Shown here one piece after another: positions 9,982 through 17,993 of a stretch of 64,000 nucleotides of DNA. The notes under the pieces are model-generated. The model was not told where the DNA came from. It did no database searches and saw nothing but the letters and a program-made list of their open reading frames with translations. The position numbers and the translations under genes are program-made. The stretch's first letter is position 1; every line of letters begins with the position of its first letter. This stretch comes from Candidatus Woesearchaeota archaeon (lineage in GTDB: Archaea; Nanobdellota; Nanobdellia; Woesearchaeales; UBA525): the NCBI GenBank assembly GCA_028818155.1, contig JAPPOH010000006.1, forward strand, positions 16,557-80,556, given 5' to 3'.

Positions 9982-10134
9982 ATGGGAAACGTCACAAAAC
10001 TGCAGAGAACGAACAAAGGACAGTACACCGTTACCGTGCCGAGAGCACTCGTGAAAGCGGTCGGGATGCAGGCAGGGAACAGAGTTCGATGGAATGTAGT
10101 CAGTGTGGAAAAACTCGAGCTGCATTTGCGTTAG
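9982..10134 (+). CDS. SpoVT/AbrB-type small DNA-binding protein (50 aa)
   Basis: Not in the ORF track because it is under 60 aa. My translation is MGNVTKLQRTNKGQYTVTVPRALVKAVGMQAGNRVRWNVVSVEKLELHLR. YTVTVPRALVKAVGMQAGNRV is a typical swapped-hairpin AbrB/MazE motif. Confidence 0.6.
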   Translation: MGNVTKLQRTNKGQYTVTVPRALVKAVGMQAGNRVRWNVVSVEKLELHLR

Positions 10135-10149
10135 TACGGCTGCGAAAGT

Positions 10150-10584
10150 TTAGCGATACAACGAAAATTTCTTCGTCCACTCGGCAACTGTGTCCCATGG
10201 ACCGTAGAGGACGATCGCCCAGTAGTTGAGTTCCTCGTCTTTGAGTGTTTTTGTGAGGTCGTATTCTTCTTGGTAGGTACCGATGCTCATACTTTCTGTG
10301 AAGTCAACGAATTTTACGTTATGCTCTTGTGCGAGCTTGCGTAGAGTACGAATCTTGTTTGAGTTTGCTTTGAGAACGACGATTGGCATCTCCGAAATGT
10401 TTTCGTGCACACCGTTATCAGCATCAATGTATTTATTGAGCTTAACTTCTGCTGCATCACTGCTTGCACCAAAGCCGAGCATTGCGTGGGAGAGTGCCAT
10501 CATTGCCTTTCCTTTTTCGACTTTCTCGTTGAGGACAACGACAAGTTTGTTCTCGAATGGCATAGTGCTAGGAATCTCGTTCAA
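10150..10584 (-). CDS. DUF2000-like protein
   Basis: 144 aa. Clear paralog of 31550..31972 (shared NKK.E.G.AMNAL.H...G, LRKL, WDxxxxxTKKFSLxR). The family call is from memory. Confidence 0.6.
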   Translation of the reverse strand: MNEIPSTMPFENKLVVVLNEKVEKGKAMMALSHAMLGFGASSDAAEVKLNKYIDADNGVHENISEMPIVVLKANSNKIRTLRKLAQEHNVKFVDFTESMSIGTYQEEYDLTKTLKDEELNYWAIVLYGPWDTVAEWTKKFSLYR

Positions 10585-10594
10585 TATAAAAAGG

Positions 10595-10665
10595 TACGGC
10601 TGCCGGGGATCGAACCCGAGACACGAGCTTGGGAAGCTCGGATGTTACCGCTACACCACAGCCGT
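10595..10665 (-). tRNA. tRNA-Gly (anticodon CCC)
   Basis: Hand-folded cloverleaf: ACGGCTG TG GTGT AGCGGTA ACAT C CGAGC TTCCCAA GCTCG TGTC TCGGG TTCGATC CCCGG CAGCCGT A. No encoded CCA. Promoter box CCTTAAAAAC lies about 33 nt upstream. Confidence 0.85.
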
Positions 10666-10709
10666 CTGTGAAAAGCGAATCAGAAGAAGTTTTTAAGGAT
10701 TGTTAACGA

Positions 10710-11033
10710 TTATGCAACCCAACGAAGTTGTTCAGATGGGAGACGTGAAGGATTGCTGTCTACATACCCTGATGGGACGTTTCTCGCATGGAATGAACTC
10801 GTAGCCGTAATCCAACCAGTGAGTGTTTTAACAGCTCTGCTGGGGTCTCTGTAAGAACTCATAAGTTCAGTAATGCCCCGAAACCCGTAATCGTCTTGCA
10901 CAGTCCCAGTTAGTATATCGCTGCGGGCACGTACCGCAGTTACATGCAAGAGACGGAGCATTGCGTCTTCGGCTATTCCTTCACCAAGCATACCAATCTC
11001 CCGTCTCACTGCGTCCTGAGATATCTGAATCAT
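10710..11033 (-). CDS. hypothetical protein
   Basis: 107-aa ORF 24 nt downstream of the TfoX-like gene, probably the same operon. No family recognised. Confidence 0.4.
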   Translation of the reverse strand: MIQISQDAVRREIGMLGEGIAEDAMLRLLHVTAVRARSDILTGTVQDDYGFRGITELMSSYRDPSRAVKTLTGWITATSSFHARNVPSGYVDSNPSRLPSEQLRWVA

Positions 11034-11057
11034 ACTATGAGAAAACCCCTTGCACTC

Positions 11058-11318
11058 TTAAATCTTTTCCACGCCTTCTGCCTGTCTTCTGAGTTTTGTC
11101 TTCTCCTGCTCTGAGAGCGATCGCCAATCTCTGTCCTGGAGGCCTGCGGCTAACGCGAACAAACAGTTGAACGAGACTTTTTCAGGGAATTTCGCCTTTA
11201 CCTTCTTGTATGCTGCCACCACACCCATTCGCTCCACATCTTCCTTATCGTTTATACCGACGAGTGCAAACCAGCCGGCGGTGACGTTCCCAATGTTTCT
11301 CATCTGTTCAAGACGCAT
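11058..11318 (-). CDS. TfoX C-terminal (HhH) domain protein
   Basis: 86 aa. NIGNVTAGWFALVGINDKEDVERMGVVAAYKKV resembles the TfoX_C helix-hairpin-helix. TATA taatttaaag upstream. Confidence 0.5.
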   Translation of the reverse strand: MRLEQMRNIGNVTAGWFALVGINDKEDVERMGVVAAYKKVKAKFPEKVSFNCLFALAAGLQDRDWRSLSEQEKTKLRRQAEGVEKI

Positions 11319-11360
11319 GGTACAGAAAAAGAAAAAGACTTTAAATTATTATGCAACAGT

Positions 11361-11702
11361 ATGTGTGTGGAGAAACCAGCGCAACATCGCCAGCAACTCA
11401 CGCTCGATAGGTTCACGAATGATATTGCTGCAGCGCTAGAAAAAAAGCCCACAGCCAAAAATGGAAGGTTTGTTTTTCTTGTTGAACACCGTTTTTCATC
11501 TGGCGATTTTGCAGATGCAGCAAAGGCTGCAGGATATGCTATTCGCAAAGAACAAGCTGGCGTATTCACCATTACGAGAGATGGTGAAGAGTTGTCCGTG
11601 GAAGCATACACGTTCGGCAAAAACAATCAGTTCGCTATTGAAGCAATCCAAGCAGCTCCCGACCGTACTTCTCCGCCTTCGCAGGACCAATACCGGAAAT
11701 AG
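11361..11702 (+). CDS. hypothetical protein
   Basis: 113-aa ORF with TATA ctttaaatta about 22 nt upstream. Its 3' end overlaps the convergent helicase gene by 68 nt. Confidence 0.4.
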   Translation: MCVEKPAQHRQQLTLDRFTNDIAAALEKKPTAKNGRFVFLVEHRFSSGDFADAAKAAGYAIRKEQAGVFTITRDGEELSVEAYTFGKNNQFAIEAIQAAPDRTSPPSQDQYRK

Positions 11703-13662
11703 CGTGTAATTCGTCTTCAGAGTTGGGTTGCTGTTCAGCCAATTCTAATAATGTCTTGTCTGGGAAGATCATGTATGGCGGGATGCCTGCTTTTCTACTG
11801 ACGGATGTACGCCACTCTCGCAGTTTTTGGAACGTGCCGCCGTTCGCGCCTTGTGCTTTGAAGGATGCGATGGTTTGGTTAAAGCTTACTCCGAGAAACT
11901 TCCGCATGTCGTTTGTTAAGAACTTTGTTGCTTTTCCTGCGTGTGAAATATGTAAGGTGGACTTTGCTCTGGAGAGCGCCACGTAAAATAGTCTGAGTTC
12001 TTCTTCCTCTCTGTCAAGCACGTCTCTTTTGACTAACTCTAAGACTGGGTGGTCTGAGGCTTTGCAGGGAAAGTATTGGGACGTGCATCCTATGAGGAAG
12101 ACCATGTCTGCCTCAAGGCCTTTGATTGCGTGGACGGTGCTCAGGGTGATTTGTCCTACTTGCGCTTCCATAAGTTTTTGCTCGTCAGATCGCTGCACGA
12201 ATGGGATGTTTCTTGCTTTGCAGAGGTCTGCGAGTTCGTGTAATTGTTTGTTTGTCCGTGTGAGCACGAAGATTTCTTCTCGTGGTAGCGTTGTTTTCTC
12301 TATTTGTTCAGTAACGAACTTCATTTCGTCTGCGTCTGATTTGAAGCTGTGCATTCTGACTGTTGCTGCTTCCGGCTGGACGTGTTCGATGTCTGGTAAC
12401 TTCATTGGTTTGATGCTCATATTGGATAATTGCACGATCTCTTTCTTGCTCCGGTAGTTTTTTTGGAGGATGATTGTTTCATCTGCTGGGAATTGGAGAA
12501 TGTATTCGACTTTGCTGCCGCGCCAGCCAAAGATACTTTGTCGCGGATCCCCAACAGCGAATGTGTTTCTCGGCTGCAGTGTTTCGAGGAGTTGCTGTTG
12601 CACAGTATTCACGTCTTGGTATTCATCAACGAGTATATGCTCGTACTGTGGCATGAGTTGTGGGTGCTTTCGTATCAGTGCGAGGCCATCTCTGAGTTGA
12701 TCACAGTAATCTCGGAGTCCTACTTCTTGCATTTCTTGAGTTATGGAACGGCAAATGGTATAGATGAGCTTTGCGTTCAAGTCGCCAGAGGAAAAGTCTT
12801 CTAAGTGTTTGTTTTGGTTTGCATAGTAATCGAGAATGCTATACACGTCGTGCATGAAGAGGCGTGCGAGTTGTTCTTTGTCCTGTTTTTTGTTTTTGAA
12901 GTACTGTTGTAATACTGTTGGCAAGTCCATCCCACATTTTTTGATCGCATGGTGTAAGAGTCTGATTTTATCTTTGTACTGCATGACCCTGACCGCTTTT
13001 CCATAGTAGTGGTGGCCGTGTTTGTTCAGTAATTGTTCACAGAAGCTGTTGAATGTTTCCACTTGAACGCTGTTCTGTAAGCGTCGTTGCATCTCCTGTC
13101 GTGCTTTTCTCGTGAAGGTGATTGCTAAGATTTTCTCTCTCGGTACACCGCAGAATTTTGTGAGGAATTCGATTCTCTTGGTGAGTACTGTTGTCTTTCC
13201 TGAACCCGCGCCTGCGACGCAGAGGATGTTTCGTGCTTTTGAGACGATTGCTTTTTTCTGGTCTTGGTTGTATGGTTGCAGAAAAAAGTCAAATGCTTCG
13301 AAGAGTTTCTCATCTTCGGTCGTGATGTCTGTCGCGGTGAACTGAGCGTTAATTTTCTTGAGTGTGGGGTTGTTCAGTTCTGCTTTGCCTTTTGGTGTGA
13401 GTGCATAGACTCTGAACCTTGTACCTGGGATGATCGTTAACCCGATGAACCCGTTCACTTTGACCGTGTTAAAAAGGTCTTCCAGTTCGTCTGTTGCATA
13501 GCCTGACAAGCAGCCGAAGGCTTGCTCTGCGTGGAGTTTGTTTTTTTGTACTGTTTCGTTGTCGGTCTCTCCTTGTAAGACTGCGAAGAGGGATTTCTTT
13601 CCCATATTGAACGGGAGTGTTTCTAATGCGCTTAAAATTTCAAGATAATCTTGCTGTCCCAC
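11635..13662 (-). CDS. UvrD/Rep-family SF1 DNA helicase with N-terminal winged-helix and C-terminal HRDC-like domain
   Basis: 675 aa. Walker A AGAGSGKTTVLTKR. ILVDEYQD motif II. UvrD C-terminal motifs (TVHAIKGLEADMVFL, LFYVALSRAK). C-terminal KLREWR...GIPPYMIFPDKTLLELA...ISGIGPAKAEKYG is HRDC-like. The start codon is GTG. Confidence 0.85.
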   Translation of the reverse strand: MGQQDYLEILSALETLPFNMGKKSLFAVLQGETDNETVQKNKLHAEQAFGCLSGYATDELEDLFNTVKVNGFIGLTIIPGTRFRVYALTPKGKAELNNPTLKKINAQFTATDITTEDEKLFEAFDFFLQPYNQDQKKAIVSKARNILCVAGAGSGKTTVLTKRIEFLTKFCGVPREKILAITFTRKARQEMQRRLQNSVQVETFNSFCEQLLNKHGHHYYGKAVRVMQYKDKIRLLHHAIKKCGMDLPTVLQQYFKNKKQDKEQLARLFMHDVYSILDYYANQNKHLEDFSSGDLNAKLIYTICRSITQEMQEVGLRDYCDQLRDGLALIRKHPQLMPQYEHILVDEYQDVNTVQQQLLETLQPRNTFAVGDPRQSIFGWRGSKVEYILQFPADETIILQKNYRSKKEIVQLSNMSIKPMKLPDIEHVQPEAATVRMHSFKSDADEMKFVTEQIEKTTLPREEIFVLTRTNKQLHELADLCKARNIPFVQRSDEQKLMEAQVGQITLSTVHAIKGLEADMVFLIGCTSQYFPCKASDHPVLELVKRDVLDREEEELRLFYVALSRAKSTLHISHAGKATKFLTNDMRKFLGVSFNQTIASFKAQGANGGTFQKLREWRTSVSRKAGIPPYMIFPDKTLLELAEQQPNSEDELHAISGIGPAKAEKYGRELLGLLQ

Positions 13663-13681
13663 ACTCTTTCAGTTCAAAACT

Positions 13682-13716
13682 CCTTTAAAAGTCTATCTGG
13701 TGTACGTGACCAGTGG
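13682..13716 (-). promoter_or_regulatory. promoter with conserved CCACTGGTCACG box plus TATA (site a), drives the UvrD-like helicase
   Basis: Minus-strand read CCACTGGTCACGTACACCAGATAGACTTTTAAAGG. The TATA is 28 nt from the GTG at 13662. Confidence 0.6.
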
Positions 13717-13851
13717 CTAGATGTGCGAGAGGATATTCTGCAGTCGTCGATCAAATTCTTTTTTATATCTATGGATGCGCCTCATGCACTCGTCTGCTCG
13801 CTTTTGCGTCATATGTGGTGTATATTCTTTTTGGTATTTAAATTCGTTCAT
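13717..13851 (-). CDS. small hypothetical protein (44 aa)
   Basis: My translation is MNEFKYQKEYTPHMTQKRADECMRRIHRYKKEFDRRLQNILSHI. ATGA overlap with the stop of the upstream membrane gene suggests translational coupling. Confidence 0.35.
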   Translation of the reverse strand: MNEFKYQKEYTPHMTQKRADECMRRIHRYKKEFDRRLQNILSHI

Positions 13852-14180
13852 TTTTCCTCCGCGTATAGTTTATGTAGTTGTTGTGCTTTACCATGTATCT
13901 GCATGACAACTCTATCAAGCTGCCGCAATTCTTCGTCAAGTGCTTGGTAACGCATCTCCATGAACACTTTGTTGAAAGCAAATAATGTCAATAACAAGAG
14001 AATGAAGATCGCTATAACTGCGTCTGTCGACTGTACATATGACGTTGCAAGAAGAAGTGCAAGTTGCAGAAGCATATAGCTACCGATAAATCCTACTTCA
14101 ACAACATGATATGCGACGTAGCTGAATCGCTTTACGTTTTTGTATATTCTCTCGAGACGTAGGAGCAGTTCAGGAATCAT
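13848..14180 (-). CDS. small membrane protein
   Basis: 110 aa with two hydrophobic helices followed by a coiled-coil-like tail. Overlaps both neighbours by 4 nt. Confidence 0.5.
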   Translation of the reverse strand: MIPELLLRLERIYKNVKRFSYVAYHVVEVGFIGSYMLLQLALLLATSYVQSTDAVIAIFILLLLTLFAFNKVFMEMRYQALDEELRQLDRVVMQIHGKAQQLHKLYAEEK

Positions 14181-14449
14181 TTTCCCCTCATTTCTCGAAT
14201 ATTTCTTTTGAGTTCTTCAGCCTCTTCATTTGAGAGAATACCTGCAAGTTCTAGTAGAGATGTTCGGTTTTTGAGTTTCTGATCTATTTTCTTCCGCATA
14301 CTCTTTCTTGCTTCTTCTTTTGTTCTCCCTGCAGAGAAGAGTTTATACGCAGCACAGTGTGCTATGAAGACTGTCGATGTGTCGTTGAGTGTTTCTTCGA
14401 AGATGTTAAATTGTATTTTTTTGTACGAAGCCATAGTTTCTTCCTCCAT
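14177..14449 (-). CDS. HicB-like / VapB-like antitoxin-type protein
   Basis: 90 aa. VFIAHCAAYKLFSAGRTKEEARKSMRKKI resembles the HicB/UPF0150 fold. The C-terminal GILSNEEAEELKRNIREMR is typical of archaeal antitoxins. TATA ttttatatag about 30 nt upstream. Confidence 0.45.
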   Translation of the reverse strand: MEEETMASYKKIQFNIFEETLNDTSTVFIAHCAAYKLFSAGRTKEEARKSMRKKIDQKLKNRTSLLELAGILSNEEAEELKRNIREMRGK

Positions 14450-14502
14450 ACTGCAAAGAAGTAGCTACCTCTATATAAAACTTACTGCAATATGTTCCAT
14501 AA

Positions 14503-14593
14503 CCTTTAAAAAGGGTCTCAGAATCACATTCTCTGCAGAGAACCTTGTCGGTACAAGCTTACAAGGATTGGATGTTTTCTGCGGAGAATACCT
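14503..14593 (+). promoter_or_regulatory. rps15 promoter (CCTTTAAAAAG) and structured leader of about 60 nt
   Basis: The TATA at 14503-14513 has the same form as the tRNA promoters. The leader holds the palindrome TTCTCTGCAGAGAA (14529-14542). It also holds competing hairpins CTTGT-CGGT-ACAAG (14544-14557) and CCTTGT...ACAAGG (14543-14566). GGAG lies 10 nt before the ATG. Confidence 0.45.
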
Positions 14594-15049
14594 ATGGCAC
14601 GAATGCATAGCAGAAAGAAAGGAAAATCCGGCTCAACAAAGCCGAAAGAACCAAAGAAACCAGCATGGCTCGGGCAGAACGCGAAAGAAACAGAACTGTT
14701 GATCGTGAAGTATGCGAAAGAGGGCAAGACTGCAGCGCAGATTGGCCTTGCGATGCGGGACGAGTACGGGATTCCGAGCGTGAAACTTGTCACGGGCAAA
14801 ACAATCAGTCAAATTCTCGCTGGGAAGAAAATGCAACCTGAAATTCCTGATGATGTCTTGGCATTGATTAAGAAAGTTGTCTTTGTGAAGAAGCATCTTG
14901 AAGCGAACAAGCAAGATATGACTGCCAAAAGAGGTTTACGCTTAACGGAAAGCAAAGTGAACCGGTTAGTGAAGCACTACAAGCGTTCAGGTAGATTACC
15001 AGCTGACTGGAGTTACGATCCGGAACGTATCAAGTTGTACGTTGAGTAA
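14594..15049 (+). CDS. rps15: 30S ribosomal protein S15 (uS15, archaeal/eukaryotic S13e type)
   Basis: 151 aa beginning MARMHSRKKGKSGSTKP, the typical archaeal S15 N-terminal extension, followed by the S15 fold. Confidence 0.93.
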   Translation: MARMHSRKKGKSGSTKPKEPKKPAWLGQNAKETELLIVKYAKEGKTAAQIGLAMRDEYGIPSVKLVTGKTISQILAGKKMQPEIPDDVLALIKKVVFVKKHLEANKQDMTAKRGLRLTESKVNRLVKHYKRSGRLPADWSYDPERIKLYVE

Positions 15050-15050
15050 G

Positions 15051-15124
15051 CGACTGGTCACGTTATTTATCGTCGGCAAACATTGGAAAAACCACTGGAC
15101 ATGTATGCGTAGCGCTTATTAAGA
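15051..15124 (+). promoter_or_regulatory. promoter with conserved box (site e) plus an upstream extra half-site
   Basis: CGACTGGTCACG at 15051-15062. CCACTGGACATGTATGCGTAGCGCTTATTAAGA at 15092-15124. TATA about 29 nt before the ATG at 15144. Confidence 0.6.
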
Positions 15125-15143
15125 GAGCGTAGTTGATGCACGC

Positions 15144-15470
15144 ATGCTCTCTGTTGAAGCGGTCAAGAAAAAACTACACAAATATACACGAGAACAGATC
15201 CGCTTCAATGAACCACATTTCAGTGTTCGATTGCAATTACGCGAAGGGAAGAGACAAGACATACTTGAACATTTACGCAACCCCACAAAACTTGTTTATG
15301 TGCTTGAACAGCAAGGAACATACGGCGATTCTGTGTACGCTTTGCTATTTAAAGAAAGCAATACACAGACGCTCAAAATTCCCGTCATATTCATGAAGAA
15401 AACTTTATATGTGCTCACATTCATCCGGAGGTATAGACCATGGCAAAACATGATACGTCGAAAAAAATAG
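15144..15470 (+). CDS. DUF4258-like putative toxin
   Basis: 108 aa. EPHFSVRLQLREGKRQDILEHLRNP resembles the DUF4258 signature. Paired with and overlapping a DUF2283-like gene. Confidence 0.5.
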   Translation: MLSVEAVKKKLHKYTREQIRFNEPHFSVRLQLREGKRQDILEHLRNPTKLVYVLEQQGTYGDSVYALLFKESNTQTLKIPVIFMKKTLYVLTFIRRYRPWQNMIRRKK

Positions 15471-15793
15471 TATCGTATGACAGTGAGAATGATATTTTGC
15501 TCGTTCACAAAGGGTTCGCTGCAGACGAGAAATTCAAAGGGAATCTTGATATTGGTGGCGTTGTCCTCGATATGTCAACAAAGAAACGAGTGCGTGGCAT
15601 TGAAGTCCTCAACGCAACAAATTTTTTTCAGGGACTTGTTGCTGCTGATGTGTTGCTGCACCTCACAGATGCTGATTTTCGTGCAGTCATGGAACCGCAA
15701 CGTATTGCACTCACCGTGACATTCTACATACAGCAAGAAGCAATTCCTGCTCGCATTGCAGTACCCTTAGCAACACCAGATACCACATACTAA
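15440..15793 (+). CDS. DUF2283-like putative antitoxin
   Basis: 117 aa. The N-terminal YDSENDILLVHKG is the characteristic DUF2283 motif. Overlaps the upstream gene by 31 nt. Confidence 0.55.
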   Translation: MAKHDTSKKIVSYDSENDILLVHKGFAADEKFKGNLDIGGVVLDMSTKKRVRGIEVLNATNFFQGLVAADVLLHLTDADFRAVMEPQRIALTVTFYIQQEAIPARIAVPLATPDTTY

Positions 15794-16284
15794 GCGCACG
15801 CAAACGTTTCTTCAACTGTGTGCCCTTGCGCGTGTAACGTGAACGTGTTTGTCGTTGGCTTGCCTTTTCTGGACTGCACAGGGACTGGCTGGAGCGAGCA
15901 ACTGACTGTGTCTCCTGGTTGGAGTGTTCGTTCTCCATCACAATTATCTGAAAGTAACGCTTCAGGTCCGAACATTCGTTTGCCATTGATGATTGGAGAT
16001 TCGTCATTGACTGCGAAGTCATTAATGAAGATGTTGAGTCCTGCAACCTTCCCTGTATCTTCGAGGCCAACAGCGTTGTCGATATTCCACGGCATCGTGC
16101 CTGTGTTCGTAATCGTAAAGGACAGTGTTTCCTCGTCGTAGTTGCACTCGTTGACGAGTTTCTTGGGTTCTTCTTGTATGATTTGTGCTGGTTTTTCTTG
16201 CTCTTCTTCCTGAAAGTTCGCTTTGAGTTCTTCCATGACGGTACAGCTTGTTAAGAGTAGGAGAAGTACGAGCACGAGTTTCAT
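15790..16284 (-). CDS. secreted lipoprotein-like hypothetical protein
   Basis: 164 aa. MKLVLVLLLLLTSC signal with a lipobox-like Cys. Confidence 0.55.
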   Translation of the reverse strand: MKLVLVLLLLLTSCTVMEELKANFQEEEQEKPAQIIQEEPKKLVNECNYDEETLSFTITNTGTMPWNIDNAVGLEDTGKVAGLNIFINDFAVNDESPIINGKRMFGPEALLSDNCDGERTLQPGDTVSCSLQPVPVQSRKGKPTTNTFTLHAQGHTVEETFACA

Positions 16285-17009
16285 TTTATTGCCTCTTTCC
16301 AGATGAGTTGAAAAAAGTTTCTGTACGAACGTGCTGCTCGTTCCTCATCGAGTAAAAATCCGTATGGTTTCTCTAGATAGACGATGATTGCGACTCGGTC
16401 GCCACAAATAATTGTTTCAGTGAGCTCTTCAAAATCAGTATCTGTTATTTTCACTGTCGTTTTTTTGTATTTGTTCAGTTCTTTTCCCCAGGTTTTGAGT
16501 GATGAGTGAAAGAGAATGCTCCCGTTGATACCATTCTTAGATCTTCTTGTGTGAAAGTTCTCCCAGAAGTAGTCGCCGAGCAAGTCATGTGCGAATTGCG
16601 AGCCCCCATATGCGTAGTACTGAGTTGCATCTGTCTCAATCATGAGGTTAATGAGTTCTTTCACACCTCTAGCGCCTTGGTATGTCGTTGCTTGTGGTTT
16701 ATGTTTTGCGATTTCTCGCTTTGCTTCGAGTTCTGGAAGAAGTTTTGCCAATCTTGTTTTCTTTTCGTCCAAGAATCCGAGGAGGAGTTTTGGTTCAACC
16801 GCTTGGTACCATCTGATGCGGCCTTCCATTGCGTATGTGATGAGCCCTTTCGCGCCGAGTGAGTGAAATGCTTTGTGTACGACTGCGTTCTGCAATCCCG
16901 AGCGTTCAACGACAGGGCCCGCTGTGCTTGAGCCAAGTTCCATGAGTGCGATGAAGACTTTGATTTCTGCTCCTGTCAGTCCGATATCTTCGAGGATAGA
17001 TGTGTCCAT
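16281..17009 (-). CDS. TrmB-family transcriptional regulator (paralog 1)
   Basis: 242 aa. N-terminal LEDIGLTGAEIKVFIALMELGSSTAGPVVERSGL... wHTH of the TrmB type. Paralogous to 18336..19106, 21069..21935 and 36116..36877. Confidence 0.8.
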   Translation of the reverse strand: MDTSILEDIGLTGAEIKVFIALMELGSSTAGPVVERSGLQNAVVHKAFHSLGAKGLITYAMEGRIRWYQAVEPKLLLGFLDEKKTRLAKLLPELEAKREIAKHKPQATTYQGARGVKELINLMIETDATQYYAYGGSQFAHDLLGDYFWENFHTRRSKNGINGSILFHSSLKTWGKELNKYKKTTVKITDTDFEELTETIICGDRVAIIVYLEKPYGFLLDEERAARSYRNFFQLIWKEAIK

Positions 17010-17042
17010 AAAAGGTTGTTCTTTCTCCTCTATTTAAAGACT

Positions 17043-17095
17043 ATGATCATTTTTATGATCATAAATATTTATTATCAAGTACTACTGAATAGTGA
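17043..17095. promoter_or_regulatory. divergent control region with two ATGATCAT palindromes and an ACTACTGAATAGTGA operator-like site
   Basis: ATGATCAT at 17043-17050 and 17055-17062 lie between the two divergent TATA boxes. ACTACTGAATAGTGA at 17081-17095 lies between the TATA and the ATG at 17109. Confidence 0.45.
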
Positions 17096-17108
17096 TATAA
17101 GTGATACA

Positions 17109-17993
17109 ATGATGAACGAACACTTCGAACACCTCGAATCGCATGAAGAACTCGGCATTGAAATAGCAAGAAATGCCGCATTTCAAGATGAACCTGGAAA
17201 CTCACTCGTATATGCAGGACCGAAAAGCCCCGGGTTTCATGTTGCAAGTATCGAGAAAGAAGTTACCAAAGGACACTACCATGACGTGTGCGTCACCTAC
17301 AGAGAAGTAACCGGGAGATACTGGACTTCCCCCATTAAGAGTGATAGTCTTAGCATCATTTTAGGAGGTGTCGGCGTTGTTGCTAATCGCTTCAAGAAAG
17401 AACAACATGTTCAAGTAAGTTCTGGAGATTGTATTATTCGTCGACCTGGAAGTTCTCTTTCTCAACCATCGTTTCAAGTAGGGAACCTGCTCGAAGGTAA
17501 GCTAGGTGTTGTGAGTTTAGAGTTCCAAGTCAAGAATCACTTTACGAATGATCGAGTTAAGGAAGCATTTTCCAGTGAAGAATGTCGCATCATACGAGGG
17601 GGCTCAAGACAACACCACCACGTATACGATAATGGAGAACAATACACGATACGAAGCCCAACCATGACATTCGATAATTTAGCGATGATTGCAGGAATTC
17701 CCAGAGATGAATTGCGCGTCGGTGTGAACGCAGTTCGAATTACAGGAGATATACCTGAAGGTGAAGAACTTCACTATCATCATTCATCTATTTATGGCGT
17801 CATTGCAGACGGTGTTGGCGATTTAATACAACCGAATGGCAGGACACAAGCGATGCGAGGCGATTGTGTTGTTGTTCCTCGTGGACAATTGCACTATTTT
17901 GAGGCACCTAGTGTGGGCAAGACAAGCAACATGATCTATGCAGCTCTTGAGTTCGGGGAAAAAATCGACTACCAGAAGCATATGCACGATTAA
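17109..17993 (+). CDS. bicupin-like protein (paralog 1)
   Basis: ORF 17016..17993. The ATG at 17109 (MMNEHFEH) follows the promoter. Two cupin-like halves (VSSGDCIIRRPG, HYHHS...MRGDCVVVPRGQLHYFEAP). Paralog of 22023..22808. Confidence 0.6.
   Translation: MMNEHFEHLESHEELGIEIARNAAFQDEPGNSLVYAGPKSPGFHVASIEKEVTKGHYHDVCVTYREVTGRYWTSPIKSDSLSIILGGVGVVANRFKKEQHVQVSSGDCIIRRPGSSLSQPSFQVGNLLEGKLGVVSLEFQVKNHFTNDRVKEAFSSEECRIIRGGSRQHHHVYDNGEQYTIRSPTMTFDNLAMIAGIPRDELRVGVNAVRITGDIPEGEELHYHHSSIYGVIADGVGDLIQPNGRTQAMRGDCVVVPRGQLHYFEAPSVGKTSNMIYAALEFGEKIDYQKHMHD

Noticed and set aside
9978-10229. 83-aa ORF from the track (TTG start)
   Set aside because: The translation is Arg/Ser-rich. It overlaps the better-supported AbrB-like frame and the 3' end of the convergent DUF2000 gene.
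10710-11033. Possible RNase P or SRP RNA next to tRNA-Gly instead of the 107-aa ORF
   Set aside because: I looked on both strands for the GAGGAAAGUCC and ACAGAA..GGCUUA (RNase P) motifs and for SRP helix-8 motifs. I found only a weak GAGAAACGTCCC in the wrong position. The ORF has ordinary protein composition and sits 24 nt behind the TfoX-like gene, so I kept it as a low-confidence CDS.
15133-15396. 87-aa ORF overlapping the DUF4258-like gene in another frame
   Set aside because: The 15144 frame has the family-like motif, the correct TATA spacing, and continues into the overlapping DUF2283 partner.
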